The notes under the pieces were generated by a model. It was given only the letters and a program-made list of their open reading frames with translations, searched no databases and was not told the origin of the DNA. The position numbers and the translations under genes were made by a program. Shown piece by piece: positions 21,037 to 30,578 of a stretch of DNA of 64,000 nt; the first letter of the stretch is position 1; every line of letters begins with the position of its first letter. The stretch lies in NCBI GenBank assembly GCA_934101625.1, contig CAKORV010000001.1, forward strand, positions 2,121 to 66,120, in the 5' to 3' direction. The stretch comes from an uncultured Bacilli bacterium. Lineage in GTDB: Bacteria > Bacillota_I > Bacilli_A > RF39 > UBA660.

Positions 21037-21850
21037 TATGCAACTTAAAGATAAAATAAAGAATATTGCTAAAGAAAAAAATGTAGATTTTAATACTTTA
21101 CTTAGACTTTATATGTATGATAGATTTTTAGAAAGACTTTCTAAAAGTAAATATAGGGATAATTTTATTTTAAAGGGTGGATTTTATTTAAGTACTTTAT
21201 TTGGAATAGAAAATAGAGCAACTATGGATATTGATACTGCATTTAGAAATGCTAACTTTAATGAAAAAAATATTATAAAAATGATGAAAGAAATTATTTC
21301 AATTAAAATTGATGATGGTGCAAAATTAAATTATGTAGGAATAGCAACAATAAGAGATGAGGATGAATATGGTGGGTTTAGAGTAACTATAGAAGTTAAA
21401 TATGAAAATATAAGACAATCATTTCATATTGATATAGCTTCTGGGGACCCAATAACACCACGTGAAATAAAGTATAAATACGCACCAATATTAAGTAATT
21501 ATCATATAAATTTATATGCATATAATATTGAAACCGTTTTAGCAGAAAAGATAGAAACAATATTAAGTAGACTTGAACTAAATGGAAGAACTAGGGATTA
21601 TTATGATATTTATTTAATTTATACAAAGGAGTGGAAAAATCTTAATCTTAATCATTTTAAAAAATCAATTGAAAAAACATTTTTTAAGAGAAATTATATG
21701 GGTAATCCTAATGAAACTTTAGATATTATTAGAAATAGTGATGTGTTAAGAGAAAGGTGGGATAAATATCAAAGAACTTATTCTTATGCAAAAGATATTA
21801 AATTCGATAACATACTTGAGTGTTTAGAGATAATGATTAAACAAATTTAA
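21029..21850 (+). CDS. abiEii: AbiEii/AbiGii nucleotidyltransferase toxin
   Basis: DRFLERLSKSKYRDNFILKGGFYLS...RATMDIDT...HIDIASGD: DUF1814-type NTase motifs. Confidence 0.8.
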   Translation: MNSMQLKDKIKNIAKEKNVDFNTLLRLYMYDRFLERLSKSKYRDNFILKGGFYLSTLFGIENRATMDIDTAFRNANFNEKNIIKMMKEIISIKIDDGAKLNYVGIATIRDEDEYGGFRVTIEVKYENIRQSFHIDIASGDPITPREIKYKYAPILSNYHINLYAYNIETVLAEKIETILSRLELNGRTRDYYDIYLIYTKEWKNLNLNHFKKSIEKTFFKRNYMGNPNETLDIIRNSDVLRERWDKYQRTYSYAKDIKFDNILECLEIMIKQI

Positions 21851-21966
21851 TAGTAAGTTTTAGTTTAAGTTACAACGCTTAATATAAGAGTTATGTTTTT
21901 GTCTTCTGAATGTAAACTAGCAATTTAGAATAAACTATAGTATAATGTATTTGAGGAGTTGAAAGA

Positions 21967-22422
21967 ATGAAAAAAGTTATCAAAGAAAATAAAGTTTTAT
22001 TTGTACTTGCATTGATAGTAATAATATCATTGATACTTATGGGTGTAGGATTGATTAAATACTTTTATAGTACTAATGGAGATAAGTATGGTGATAGATT
22101 AACTGGAATAGAAAAACATAAATTAAAAAGTTCTTTAGCAAATGACATTAAAGCTTTATATGAAGGTGGGGTTCTAAATGTTAGTATAGATACTAAAGGT
22201 AAGATTGTCTATGTTATAATGGATGTTAGTGATGGAGTTAGTAAGGTTGATGCACAAAGTTATGCTGTTAAGGCATTAGATGTATTTAGTGATGATGAAA
22301 AATCTTTTTATGATATTCAATTCTTAATTACATGTAAAAATGCTAGTGAAGAAACTACTATTTATCCAATGGAAGGATATAAAAACTCTAGTAATACTCA
22401 GATAGTTTGGACAAATAATTAG
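21967..22422 (+). CDS. membrane-anchored extracytoplasmic protein, unknown function
   Basis: N-terminal TM. Tightly followed by the GGDEF-like receptor gene. Confidence 0.4.
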   Translation: MKKVIKENKVLFVLALIVIISLILMGVGLIKYFYSTNGDKYGDRLTGIEKHKLKSSLANDIKALYEGGVLNVSIDTKGKIVYVIMDVSDGVSKVDAQSYAVKALDVFSDDEKSFYDIQFLITCKNASEETTIYPMEGYKNSSNTQIVWTNN

Positions 22423-22430
22423 GTGATATA

Positions 22431-24431
22431 ATGAAAAAGAAAAATAGAAAGATATTAATAATAAGTGGACTTATTCTTCTTTTATTTATTATTGTTGTTG
22501 GTATATTAATTTATGTTAATAATAATAAAAATAATTTTTCATTTAGTGAAAAGAGTTGGATAAATCAAAATGCTAATAATGTTATAGATATAAGTATGGA
22601 AGGTAATTTGCCAATATTTAGTAATAATGGTGAAGGTGTATTCTATGATTATATTAAGAATTTAGAATCTAGTACTGGGTTAACTTTTAATGTAACTGTT
22701 AATAGTGAAGGTAATTATAATTTTAAAAATAAGAACGAGTTAAGTCCTAGTGATTTAGTATTTTATACAGATCATTATGTTTTGATTAGTACTAATTCTA
22801 ATATAGTTAAGAATTTTAGTGAAATTAGAAATCAAAATATAGGTGTTGTAAAAAATGATTTAAATTATATTAGTAATTATTTGAGTGATTATGGTTTAAA
22901 TTATAAAGAATATGAAACTTTTGATAATATTAAAAATGATATGGATAATTCTATTATTTATGCTATTATACCTATGGAAAAATATATGAATGAAATAGTT
23001 AATAATAAATACCATATAGTTAAACATATTGAAGGATTACATTCTCATTATGTTTTGAGTATGAAAGATGCTAATACGATGTTGGCTAATGTATTTACTA
23101 AATATTTTAATACTTGGGAAGATAGTTTAAATACTAGTAGAAATAAAAATCTATTGAAACTTTATTATGATGCTTATAGTATAAGTGATTTAGAGAAAGA
23201 AAGTATTATAGGTGATGATTTATTAGTAGGATACATATCTAATTTACCTTTTGAAGGCAAAATAAATAATAAGTTTAGTGGTATTACTAATGAGTATTTA
23301 AGATTATTTGCGGATATGACTGGAGCTAGTTATAAGTATATAGAGTATTCTAATATTGATAAATTAAATAATGCTTTAAGTGCTAAAAAAGTAGATTTTG
23401 TACTTAATTATTATAATGTAAGTAATAATAATTATACTAATAGTGTAAGTTTAGGAAATATTAATTATGTTGTTGTTACACATAAAGATAATTATATACC
23501 TGTTGATAGTATAAAAAGTGTTATCGATGATAATGTTAAAATGGTAAATAATACTAGCTTATATAGTTATATTAAGAATATGAATGTTAATATTGATACT
23601 TTTGATAATTATAAGTCTTTGTTAAAAAATATTAATAAAAATGATGTTTTAATATTAGAGAAAAGTGTATTTGATTATTATAAAAATGATGAATTAAAGA
23701 ATTATGTTGTTAAGTATATAGGTGAAACTGATGTACAAAGTGATTTCTTATTAAATAGTGATAATACTATATTAAATAATTTATTTAATTTTTATATTAG
23801 TACTTTGGGAAATAATTATGTTAATAATATGGCTATTAGTCATTCTATAGATGAAGCTAATACTAATGTTGTAATTAAATTTATTTTAAGTAATATTACT
23901 TATTTAATTGTTATAATAGTGGCAATAGTATTCTTTATGTTAAAGTTTAATAAGAAAATTAGAGTTACTAAAAAGATTAGAAAAGAAGATAAGATGATGT
24001 ATTTGGATGTAATGACTAATTTAAAAAATAGAAATTATTTGAATGATAATTTGAATTATTGGGAAAGTAATAAAGTTTATCCACAAGCTGTAGTAGTTGT
24101 TGATTTAAATAGTATTAGTGTTATTAATGATACTAAAGGTCATGAAGAAGGGGATAGACAAATTAAAAGTGCAGCAAATATATTAATTAGAACACAAAGA
24201 GAGAATAGTGAAATAATAAGAACAGATGGTAATGAATTTTTAATTTATTTAGTAGGTTATGAAGATAAGCAAGTTGTTACTTATGTTAATAAACTTATTA
24301 AAGAGTTTAAGAATTTACCTTATGAGTATGGGGCAAGTGTAGGTTATTATATGATAAATAGTGAAAGTACTACAATTGATGATGCTATAAATGAAGCATT
24401 AATCATGATGAGAAAAAATAAAGGAAATTAG
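22431..24431 (+). CDS. membrane receptor with a large extracytoplasmic (solute-binding-like) region and a degenerate GGDEF domain
   Basis: TM - about 450 aa outside - TM - DVMTNLKNRNYL...VVVDLNSISVINDTKGHEEGDRQIK...IIRTDGNEFLIYL. The GGDEF signature reads DGNEF (24225-24239). Confidence 0.75.
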   Translation: MKKKNRKILIISGLILLLFIIVVGILIYVNNNKNNFSFSEKSWINQNANNVIDISMEGNLPIFSNNGEGVFYDYIKNLESSTGLTFNVTVNSEGNYNFKNKNELSPSDLVFYTDHYVLISTNSNIVKNFSEIRNQNIGVVKNDLNYISNYLSDYGLNYKEYETFDNIKNDMDNSIIYAIIPMEKYMNEIVNNKYHIVKHIEGLHSHYVLSMKDANTMLANVFTKYFNTWEDSLNTSRNKNLLKLYYDAYSISDLEKESIIGDDLLVGYISNLPFEGKINNKFSGITNEYLRLFADMTGASYKYIEYSNIDKLNNALSAKKVDFVLNYYNVSNNNYTNSVSLGNINYVVVTHKDNYIPVDSIKSVIDDNVKMVNNTSLYSYIKNMNVNIDTFDNYKSLLKNINKNDVLILEKSVFDYYKNDELKNYVVKYIGETDVQSDFLLNSDNTILNNLFNFYISTLGNNYVNNMAISHSIDEANTNVVIKFILSNITYLIVIIVAIVFFMLKFNKKIRVTKKIRKEDKMMYLDVMTNLKNRNYLNDNLNYWESNKVYPQAVVVVDLNSISVINDTKGHEEGDRQIKSAANILIRTQRENSEIIRTDGNEFLIYLVGYEDKQVVTYVNKLIKEFKNLPYEYGASVGYYMINSESTTIDDAINEALIMMRKNKGN

Positions 24432-24433
24432 TT

Positions 24434-25312
24434 ATGTGGAAAAAGGTTAAAGATTTTGTTATAAATATTTATAATATTATGAATGAACCTGAAATGCTTA
24501 CACTTCCTAGTACCCTTGCTTATTACTTTGTTCTTGCGATAGTACCTATTATTTCGTTCTTACTTTTAATTGCAACTTCATTTAATTTATCTACAACGTT
24601 TATTACTCAATTTATTGAAGAAAATTTTAGTAAAGAAGTAATGACTGCGATTACACCTATGATAACAGGTTATAATTTTAATTTTGGTTTTGTTTTCTAT
24701 TTGTTAATGGCTTTCTTCATAGTAAGTAATGGTAGTGATTCAATTATAATAGCATCTAATATGGTGTTTAATATAGAAAATAAGAATTATTTTAAGAGAA
24801 GGATTAAGGCCTGTGTTATGACCGTTTTGTTATTCGTTTTATTTACTTTTATGTTAATAGTACCTATCTTTGGTGAACAGATATTAAATTTAGCTACGAT
24901 GGTAGGTTTTAATAATAGAATAATTGATGCATTAAAGATGTTATATCCAGTACTTAATTTACCTATTACAATAATAATTATGTATTTTTCAATAAAACTA
25001 ATTTATGTAATAGCACCTGATGAAAAAATTAAAAGTAAGTATGTTACTAAAGGCGCTATATTTACAACTAGTGTTTGGGTAATAGCAACTTTAATATATT
25101 CTTATTATATTAAAAATATAGCAACTTATAATTTATATTATGCTGGATTAAGTAATATAGTAATATTGATGGTTTGGTTTTATATTTTGGCTTTTGTGTT
25201 TGTTATGGGGTTAACTTTTAATTATCAAAACATTAATGAAAATATTGAAAAAACTAATAATATAAAATTAAAAGAGTTAGAAGAAAAAGTTAGAGAAAGT
25301 AGAAACAAATAG
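24434..25312 (+). CDS. YihY/BrkB family membrane protein
   Basis: LPSTLAYYFVLAIVPI..., 6 TM spans, typical size. Confidence 0.7.
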   Translation: MWKKVKDFVINIYNIMNEPEMLTLPSTLAYYFVLAIVPIISFLLLIATSFNLSTTFITQFIEENFSKEVMTAITPMITGYNFNFGFVFYLLMAFFIVSNGSDSIIIASNMVFNIENKNYFKRRIKACVMTVLLFVLFTFMLIVPIFGEQILNLATMVGFNNRIIDALKMLYPVLNLPITIIIMYFSIKLIYVIAPDEKIKSKYVTKGAIFTTSVWVIATLIYSYYIKNIATYNLYYAGLSNIVILMVWFYILAFVFVMGLTFNYQNINENIEKTNNIKLKELEEKVRESRNK

Positions 25313-25352
25313 TTTTTACTTTTTTTTCTATTTAAAATGTGTTATATTTATA

Positions 25353-26081
25353 ATGGAGAAGGGAATAGAAATAATGAAGAATTTATATGTTTATTCTGAA
25401 AAATTGGCTAAGAAAAATAAGGTTTTTATGTCTTTACCTAAGTATTTTTTTACATATTTAATTACTTTAATTATTTCTACTATAGTATTTCTTTTGTTTA
25501 AAAAAGTTATAAATATAGTTAATTTAAATAGTAATCTTTTTAGATGTATTGAAGGATTTGTTTTATTTGTAATTATTGTATTTGATTTTCTATATGTATT
25601 ATTTCCAAGTTCATTAAAATTTCATTCTAGATTAAAGGCTTATTATGTGGATAAAGATGATATATATTTAATTTCTATAAGTGATTTAGTACTTATTATG
25701 TTTGAAACCACTTTGTTTTTACCTAGAGTTCATAAAAATGATAAAGATAATAATTTGTTTAAAAAGATAAAATATTATATAGTTGGTATATTAACATCAT
25801 TTTTAATATTTAGTAAAATAAGAAAGAACATAAATAAAATGCAGGATAAAGAAGCAATTATGAAATTTGTAAAAGATCCTATTTTTTATAAGAGAAGTGC
25901 TAATGTATATAAGGTTATTGATGTTAATAGGGTGTCTAAATTAAAAAATAAGACAAGTATTAGAGTTAAATTAAAGAAATTAGATGATAATAAAGTATTT
26001 AATGATAATACTTTGGTTATATATAATGTTTATAATAATTATGATAATTTAATAAATAGTTTTAAAAATAAAGTAAAATAA
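25353..26081 (+). CDS. membrane protein, unknown function
   Basis: Hydrophobic N-terminal half, basic C-terminal half. Alternative start ATG 25374. Confidence 0.4.
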   Translation: MEKGIEIMKNLYVYSEKLAKKNKVFMSLPKYFFTYLITLIISTIVFLLFKKVINIVNLNSNLFRCIEGFVLFVIIVFDFLYVLFPSSLKFHSRLKAYYVDKDDIYLISISDLVLIMFETTLFLPRVHKNDKDNNLFKKIKYYIVGILTSFLIFSKIRKNINKMQDKEAIMKFVKDPIFYKRSANVYKVIDVNRVSKLKNKTSIRVKLKKLDDNKVFNDNTLVIYNVYNNYDNLINSFKNKVK

Positions 26082-26158
26082 ACAATAAATTGTTAAAATT
26101 ATTTGTTTATTTTTTTATTATGTGGTATTATTTAAAGTAGATAATAGGGAGTGTTAAT

Positions 26159-27916
26159 ATGGCTAAAAGAGAATTAGATGAAAAAACACAAATAATTGAA
26201 GAAGAAGGATTATATTTGGAAGAACCTGATAATAGTAAAAAGAAAAGGTTAATACTAATAATTATTATGTTAGTAATTTTATTGATTGTTTTGGTAAGTT
26301 ATGGAACTTATTCATGGTTGGATTGGTATCATAAAAGAATGATGATTAATATTGATATTAATCATGATGGAATATGTGATGTTAACTGTGATACCAATAA
26401 AGATGGAAAACCAGATTATAATGTAAGTCTAAAGAACTTTAAAAAGAGAAAGACACCTTTTTTTAATATAGATAAAGATGGAGATGGAAAACCTGATTTT
26501 AATCTTATTGATCAAGATACTAATGGAGATGGCAAGTGTGACTTAAATTGTGATATAGATAATGATGGTTGGCCTGAGACTAATTTAGACTTAGATGGTG
26601 ATGGAAAATGCGATTTAAATTGTGATACTAATGGTGATGGTAAGTGCGATTTAAATTGTGATACTGATAATGATCAAAAGTGTAATTATAATTGTGATAC
26701 TAATGGTGATGGAAAATGCGATTTAAATTGTGATACTAATGGAGATGGTAAGTGCGATTTAAATTGTGACACTAATGGAGATGGCAAGTGCGATTTAAAT
26801 TGTGACACTAATGGTGATGGCAAGTGCGATTTAAATTGTGATACTAATGGAGACGGAAAATGTGATTTAAACTGTGACACTAATGGAGATGGCAAGTGCG
26901 ATTTAAATTGTGATACTAATGGAGATGGAAAATGCGATTTGAATTGTGATACTAATGGAGATGGAAAATGCGATTTAAATTGTGATACTAACGGAGACGG
27001 AAAGTGTGACTTAAATTGCGATACTAACGGAGATGGCAAATGCGATTTGAATTGTGATACTAACGGAGATGGCAAGTGCGATTTAAACTGTGATACCAAT
27101 GGTGATGGAAAATGCGATTTGAATTGCGATACTAATGGAGATGGAAAATGCGATTTAAATTGCGATACTAATGGAGATGGAAAATGCGATTTAAATTGTG
27201 ATACTAACGGAGATGGCAAGTGTGATTTAAATTGCGATACTAACGGAGACGGAAAGTGTGATTTAAACTGTGATACCAATGGTGATGGCAAGTGCGATTT
27301 AAATTGTGATACTAACGGAGATGGCAAGTGCGATTTAAACTGTGATACTAATGGAGACGGAAAGTGTGACTTAAATTGCGATACTAACGGAGACGGAAAG
27401 TGTGATTTAAACTGTGATACTGATGGAGATGGTAAATGCGATAAAGAATGTGATACTGATGGTGATGGCAAATGTGATGTAAATTGTTCAAGTGCAGATA
27501 TAGATGATAAGGGAGAATATAGTATAACATTCTTAGATAAAAATAGTATGAATTATACTTCTATTAAACCAGGTTGGAGAGCATCTAAAACATTTACTGT
27601 AACTAATGATACTAATGCTACATTAAAATATGATATTTATTGGGATGAACTAATTAATGAATTTACTGAAACTAATAATTTATATTTTGGATTAATAAGA
27701 GATAGTAAAACAGTTATAGATATTTCGTCTAGTAGAGTTCCTTATCCAAATGGAAATAATAGAAGAGTACTTATGTTAAGTAATGTAGTTTTAAATCCAA
27801 AAGAAACACATACATATGAAATAACTTTATTATTTAAAGAGACTAATCAAAATCAAGATGTTGATAGAGGTAAAACATTTAGTGGTAAATTACAAATAGT
27901 TAATAAAGGAATGTAA
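26159..27916 (+). CDS. N-terminally anchored protein: DxDxDG/Cys-rich thrombospondin-type-3-like repeat stalk plus C-terminal TasA/camelysin-like module
   Basis: AGGGAG RBS. Cytoplasmic EEEGLYLEE, then a TM (LILIIIMLVILLIVLVSYGTYSWL). About 27 units of 12 aa (CDLNCDTNGDGK). C-terminal IKPGWRASKTFTVTN...KETNQNQDVDRGKTFSGKLQIV. Confidence 0.7.
   Translation: MAKRELDEKTQIIEEEGLYLEEPDNSKKKRLILIIIMLVILLIVLVSYGTYSWLDWYHKRMMINIDINHDGICDVNCDTNKDGKPDYNVSLKNFKKRKTPFFNIDKDGDGKPDFNLIDQDTNGDGKCDLNCDIDNDGWPETNLDLDGDGKCDLNCDTNGDGKCDLNCDTDNDQKCNYNCDTNGDGKCDLNCDTNGDGKCDLNCDTNGDGKCDLNCDTNGDGKCDLNCDTNGDGKCDLNCDTNGDGKCDLNCDTNGDGKCDLNCDTNGDGKCDLNCDTNGDGKCDLNCDTNGDGKCDLNCDTNGDGKCDLNCDTNGDGKCDLNCDTNGDGKCDLNCDTNGDGKCDLNCDTNGDGKCDLNCDTNGDGKCDLNCDTNGDGKCDLNCDTNGDGKCDLNCDTNGDGKCDLNCDTNGDGKCDLNCDTDGDGKCDKECDTDGDGKCDVNCSSADIDDKGEYSITFLDKNSMNYTSIKPGWRASKTFTVTNDTNATLKYDIYWDELINEFTETNNLYFGLIRDSKTVIDISSSRVPYPNGNNRRVLMLSNVVLNPKETHTYEITLLFKETNQNQDVDRGKTFSGKLQIVNKGM
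26585..27484 (+). repeat. in-frame 36-bp tandem repeat array (25 units; 20 core units at 26693-27412 encode identical CDTNGDGKCDLN)
   Basis: Unit starts at 26585+36n. DNA of the core units differs only at third codon positions. Confidence 0.95.
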
Positions 27917-27926
27917 GGGTGATATA

Positions 27927-29624
27927 ATGGCTAGTAATAAATTAAGTAAAGAAGAATTAAAAATCGTTGATGAAGATGGTTTATATTTTGAACAACATAA
28001 TGAAAAAAACAAAAAACAAAAGGTGTTGACCTATATAGTATTTATATTATTTATGATAGTTGTTGGAATAACTACATTTATAGTTGTTAATTATTTCTTA
28101 TCTAAAAGACAAACTTTGAATATTGATTTAGATGGAGATGGATGGGCAGATTTAAATATAGATACTGATGGAGATGGTATTTGCAATGTAAATTGTGATA
28201 CTAATAATGATAATAAACCTGATTATAATATAAGTTATAAAGGACTTAATTATGCGTATTTTAATTTAGATACTAATGGTGATAAAATTGCTGATAAAAA
28301 TTTAATTAATTTGGATACTAATAATGATGGAAAGTGTGATTTGAATTGTGATTTAGATAAAGATGGATTTCCTGAAATTAATTTAGATTTTGATGGTAAT
28401 GGTAAAGCAGATTTAAATATTGATTTAGATGGTGATGGAAAATGTGACATTAATTGTGATGTTATTGGAATTAAAGAGCCTAATTTAAATGTAGATATTG
28501 ATGGTGATAATAAGCCCGATGTTAATATTGATATTGATGGAGATAATAAACCTGATGTTAATATTGCTTATGGAAATGACTATAAAAAGGCAGTATTTAA
28601 TATAGATAAAGATGGAGATGGAAAAGAAGATTTTAATTTAATTAATCAAAAGCCTAAAAAAGCAACTGCTACTTGTGGTATAAATTGTGATAAAGATGGA
28701 GATAATATTCCTGATATTAATATTGATATGGATGGAGATGGAAGCCCAGATTTAAATTTAGCAACAATAGAAGATGGGATGGCATACTTAAATATTGATT
28801 TAGATGATGATGGAATTGCTGATATGAATGTTGATACAGATGGTGATTTGATGCCAAATATTAATGTTGATGTTGATGGAGATGGAAAGGCAGATACTAA
28901 TTTAGATGTTAATAAAGATGGAAAAGCAGATGTTAATGTAGATACTGATGGAGATTGGAAAGCAGATTTTAATTTATTAAATCAAGATACTAATAGTGAT
29001 GGTAAATGTGATTTAAATTGTGATAAAAATAAAGATAATTGGCCAGATTATAATATTGATTTAAATGGTGATGGTATTCCTAATATGAATATTTCACTTG
29101 TTAGTGAAAATAGTGGAGATGCAAATAGGTCTGCTAATAATGATGGTAAGATTGATACTAATGTAATTAATGAATATGTTTTATATGGAAGAGATGTTGT
29201 TAAAAATGTTGAAATATCTAATGGAGAAAGTAAACATTATGCATTATCATTAGTTGATAGTGGTAACAAATTAGATGTTAATAAATTAATTCCTGGCTGG
29301 AAGGATAGTAAAGCATTTACTATTAAAAATACATCTAATGAAGTTAGAACATATGAAGTTGGATTTACTGATATTATAAATGATTTTTCTTGGGAAAATA
29401 GATTATATTTTGGAGTTAAATTAAATGGACAAATTGTAATAGATCCAAATTTAGGAAGAGTTGGATATGCTGTAAATAATGGAGAAACATTTATGAAGAA
29501 TATGACTATTAATCCAGGTGAAACTCATTCTTATCAAATTGATTATGAATTTAAAAATACTGGTTCTATAAATGATAGTAATAAATTATTTTATGCTAGA
29601 CTTGATGTAGTTGTATTAAAGTAA
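27927..29624 (+). CDS. paralogous stalk protein: degenerate DxDxDG repeats plus C-terminal TasA/camelysin-like module
   Basis: DEDGLYFEQ then a TM. NIDLDGDGWADLNIDTDGDGICNVNCDTNND... throughout. C-terminal LIPGWKDSKAFTIKN...NPGETHSYQIDYEFKNTG...LFYARLDVV. Confidence 0.7.
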   Translation: MASNKLSKEELKIVDEDGLYFEQHNEKNKKQKVLTYIVFILFMIVVGITTFIVVNYFLSKRQTLNIDLDGDGWADLNIDTDGDGICNVNCDTNNDNKPDYNISYKGLNYAYFNLDTNGDKIADKNLINLDTNNDGKCDLNCDLDKDGFPEINLDFDGNGKADLNIDLDGDGKCDINCDVIGIKEPNLNVDIDGDNKPDVNIDIDGDNKPDVNIAYGNDYKKAVFNIDKDGDGKEDFNLINQKPKKATATCGINCDKDGDNIPDINIDMDGDGSPDLNLATIEDGMAYLNIDLDDDGIADMNVDTDGDLMPNINVDVDGDGKADTNLDVNKDGKADVNVDTDGDWKADFNLLNQDTNSDGKCDLNCDKNKDNWPDYNIDLNGDGIPNMNISLVSENSGDANRSANNDGKIDTNVINEYVLYGRDVVKNVEISNGESKHYALSLVDSGNKLDVNKLIPGWKDSKAFTIKNTSNEVRTYEVGFTDIINDFSWENRLYFGVKLNGQIVIDPNLGRVGYAVNNGETFMKNMTINPGETHSYQIDYEFKNTGSINDSNKLFYARLDVVVLK

Positions 29625-29650
29625 AACAGAAAGAAATTTCTGTTTTTTTT
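29625..29650 (+). terminator. intrinsic terminator after the two stalk genes
   Basis: AACAGAAA-GAAA-TTTCTGTT followed by TTTTTT. Confidence 0.8.
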
Positions 29651-29734
29651 GTCAAATTATGTCTATAAATTAAGTCGTGTTTTGTTTTATTTTGTAAAAT
29701 GTGAAATTTTTGAGAAAAATATTATTAAAATCTC

Positions 29735-29763
29735 TTGATTTATGTTAAAAAACTTGGTATTAT
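29735..29763 (+). promoter_or_regulatory. promoter of the 29790 gene
   Basis: TTGATT-17-TATTAT with an extended TG. Strong AAAGGAGG RBS follows. Confidence 0.5.
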
Positions 29764-29789
29764 TTTTATTGTAAAGGAGGTAAAGAACT

Positions 29790-30416
29790 ATGGGAGAAAA
29801 CAAAGGTCAAACTATTTTCTTATCAGTAATTGGTATTGCTACATTATTAGTTGCAATAATCGGAGCTACATTCGCTTATTTCACTAGTACTGCTGGTACT
29901 GGAACTGGTAATGTTGATTTAACTGCTAAGACAGTTGCAGGATTTACTGCTACTGCTGGAAGTATAACTAGTGATGAAACTATTTTACCTGGTTGGAGTA
30001 AATCTGCTGATATTTCAGTTGCTACAACTGATAAAACAGATGTACCTTATGACTATAGTTGTGTTCTTAGTGTAGATGCTACTACAACTTTAACTGATAT
30101 GTATGTTAGTGTTGCTGCTGCTGCAGCTGATGCTGCTCCTGCTGGAGATATCAAAGCTGGTACAAATACTGAATTACAAGCTGGTAAAGAAGTTGAATTA
30201 TTAGCTGGTACTGTTGGTAATACTACTGGTGCTGAAACTAAAGCTGCAACATACACTATTAAGTTCAAAGAAACTGGTGCTGCTCAAACTAACCAAGGTG
30301 CTAAGTTTAAAGCAACTGTAACTTGTAAATCTACATTATCTGGTGGTACTAATGGTGTATTCTATACTAATGATGCTAAAACTGGTACAACAACTAAACC
30401 AGATGCTCAATGGTAA
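29790..30416 (+). CDS. secreted TasA/camelysin-like protein with SipW-type signal peptide (candidate major subunit)
   Basis: MGENKGQTIFLSVIGIATLLVAIIGATFAYFTSTAG. ILPGWSKSADISV...KETGAAQTNQGAKFKATVTC. Ala/Thr/Gly-rich. Own promoter and terminator. Confidence 0.6.
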   Translation: MGENKGQTIFLSVIGIATLLVAIIGATFAYFTSTAGTGTGNVDLTAKTVAGFTATAGSITSDETILPGWSKSADISVATTDKTDVPYDYSCVLSVDATTTLTDMYVSVAAAAADAAPAGDIKAGTNTELQAGKEVELLAGTVGNTTGAETKAATYTIKFKETGAAQTNQGAKFKATVTCKSTLSGGTNGVFYTNDAKTGTTTKPDAQW

Positions 30417-30469
30417 TAGTTTAGATTAACATAGTTAATTTACTATAGAAGTAATAGTATTGAAAATAT

Positions 30470-30510
30470 AAACTCTGATTTATGATTAATTGAATTAGAG
30501 TTTTTATTTT
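30470..30510 (+). terminator. intrinsic terminator
   Basis: AAACTCTGATT...AATTAGAGTTT stem followed by TTATTTT. Confidence 0.55.
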
Positions 30511-30578
30511 GCATTTTTATATTGTGTTTTTTTGAAATAAATGGTATTATTTTAATAGATAAAGATAAGGGATAAGAT

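Noticed and set aside
26686-27471. 261-aa minus-strand ORF of repeated SHLPSPLVSQFK
   Set aside because: It is the antisense reading of the 36-bp coding repeat. It stays open only because the repeat lacks stop codons in that frame. It has no RBS or start context, whereas the + strand gene has an RBS, a TM segment and a C-terminal domain.
26585-27484. Regular 36-bp periodicity that could be mistaken for a CRISPR array
   Set aside because: The units are contiguous with no spacers, in-frame inside a long ORF, and vary only at synonymous positions. No cas genes are present.
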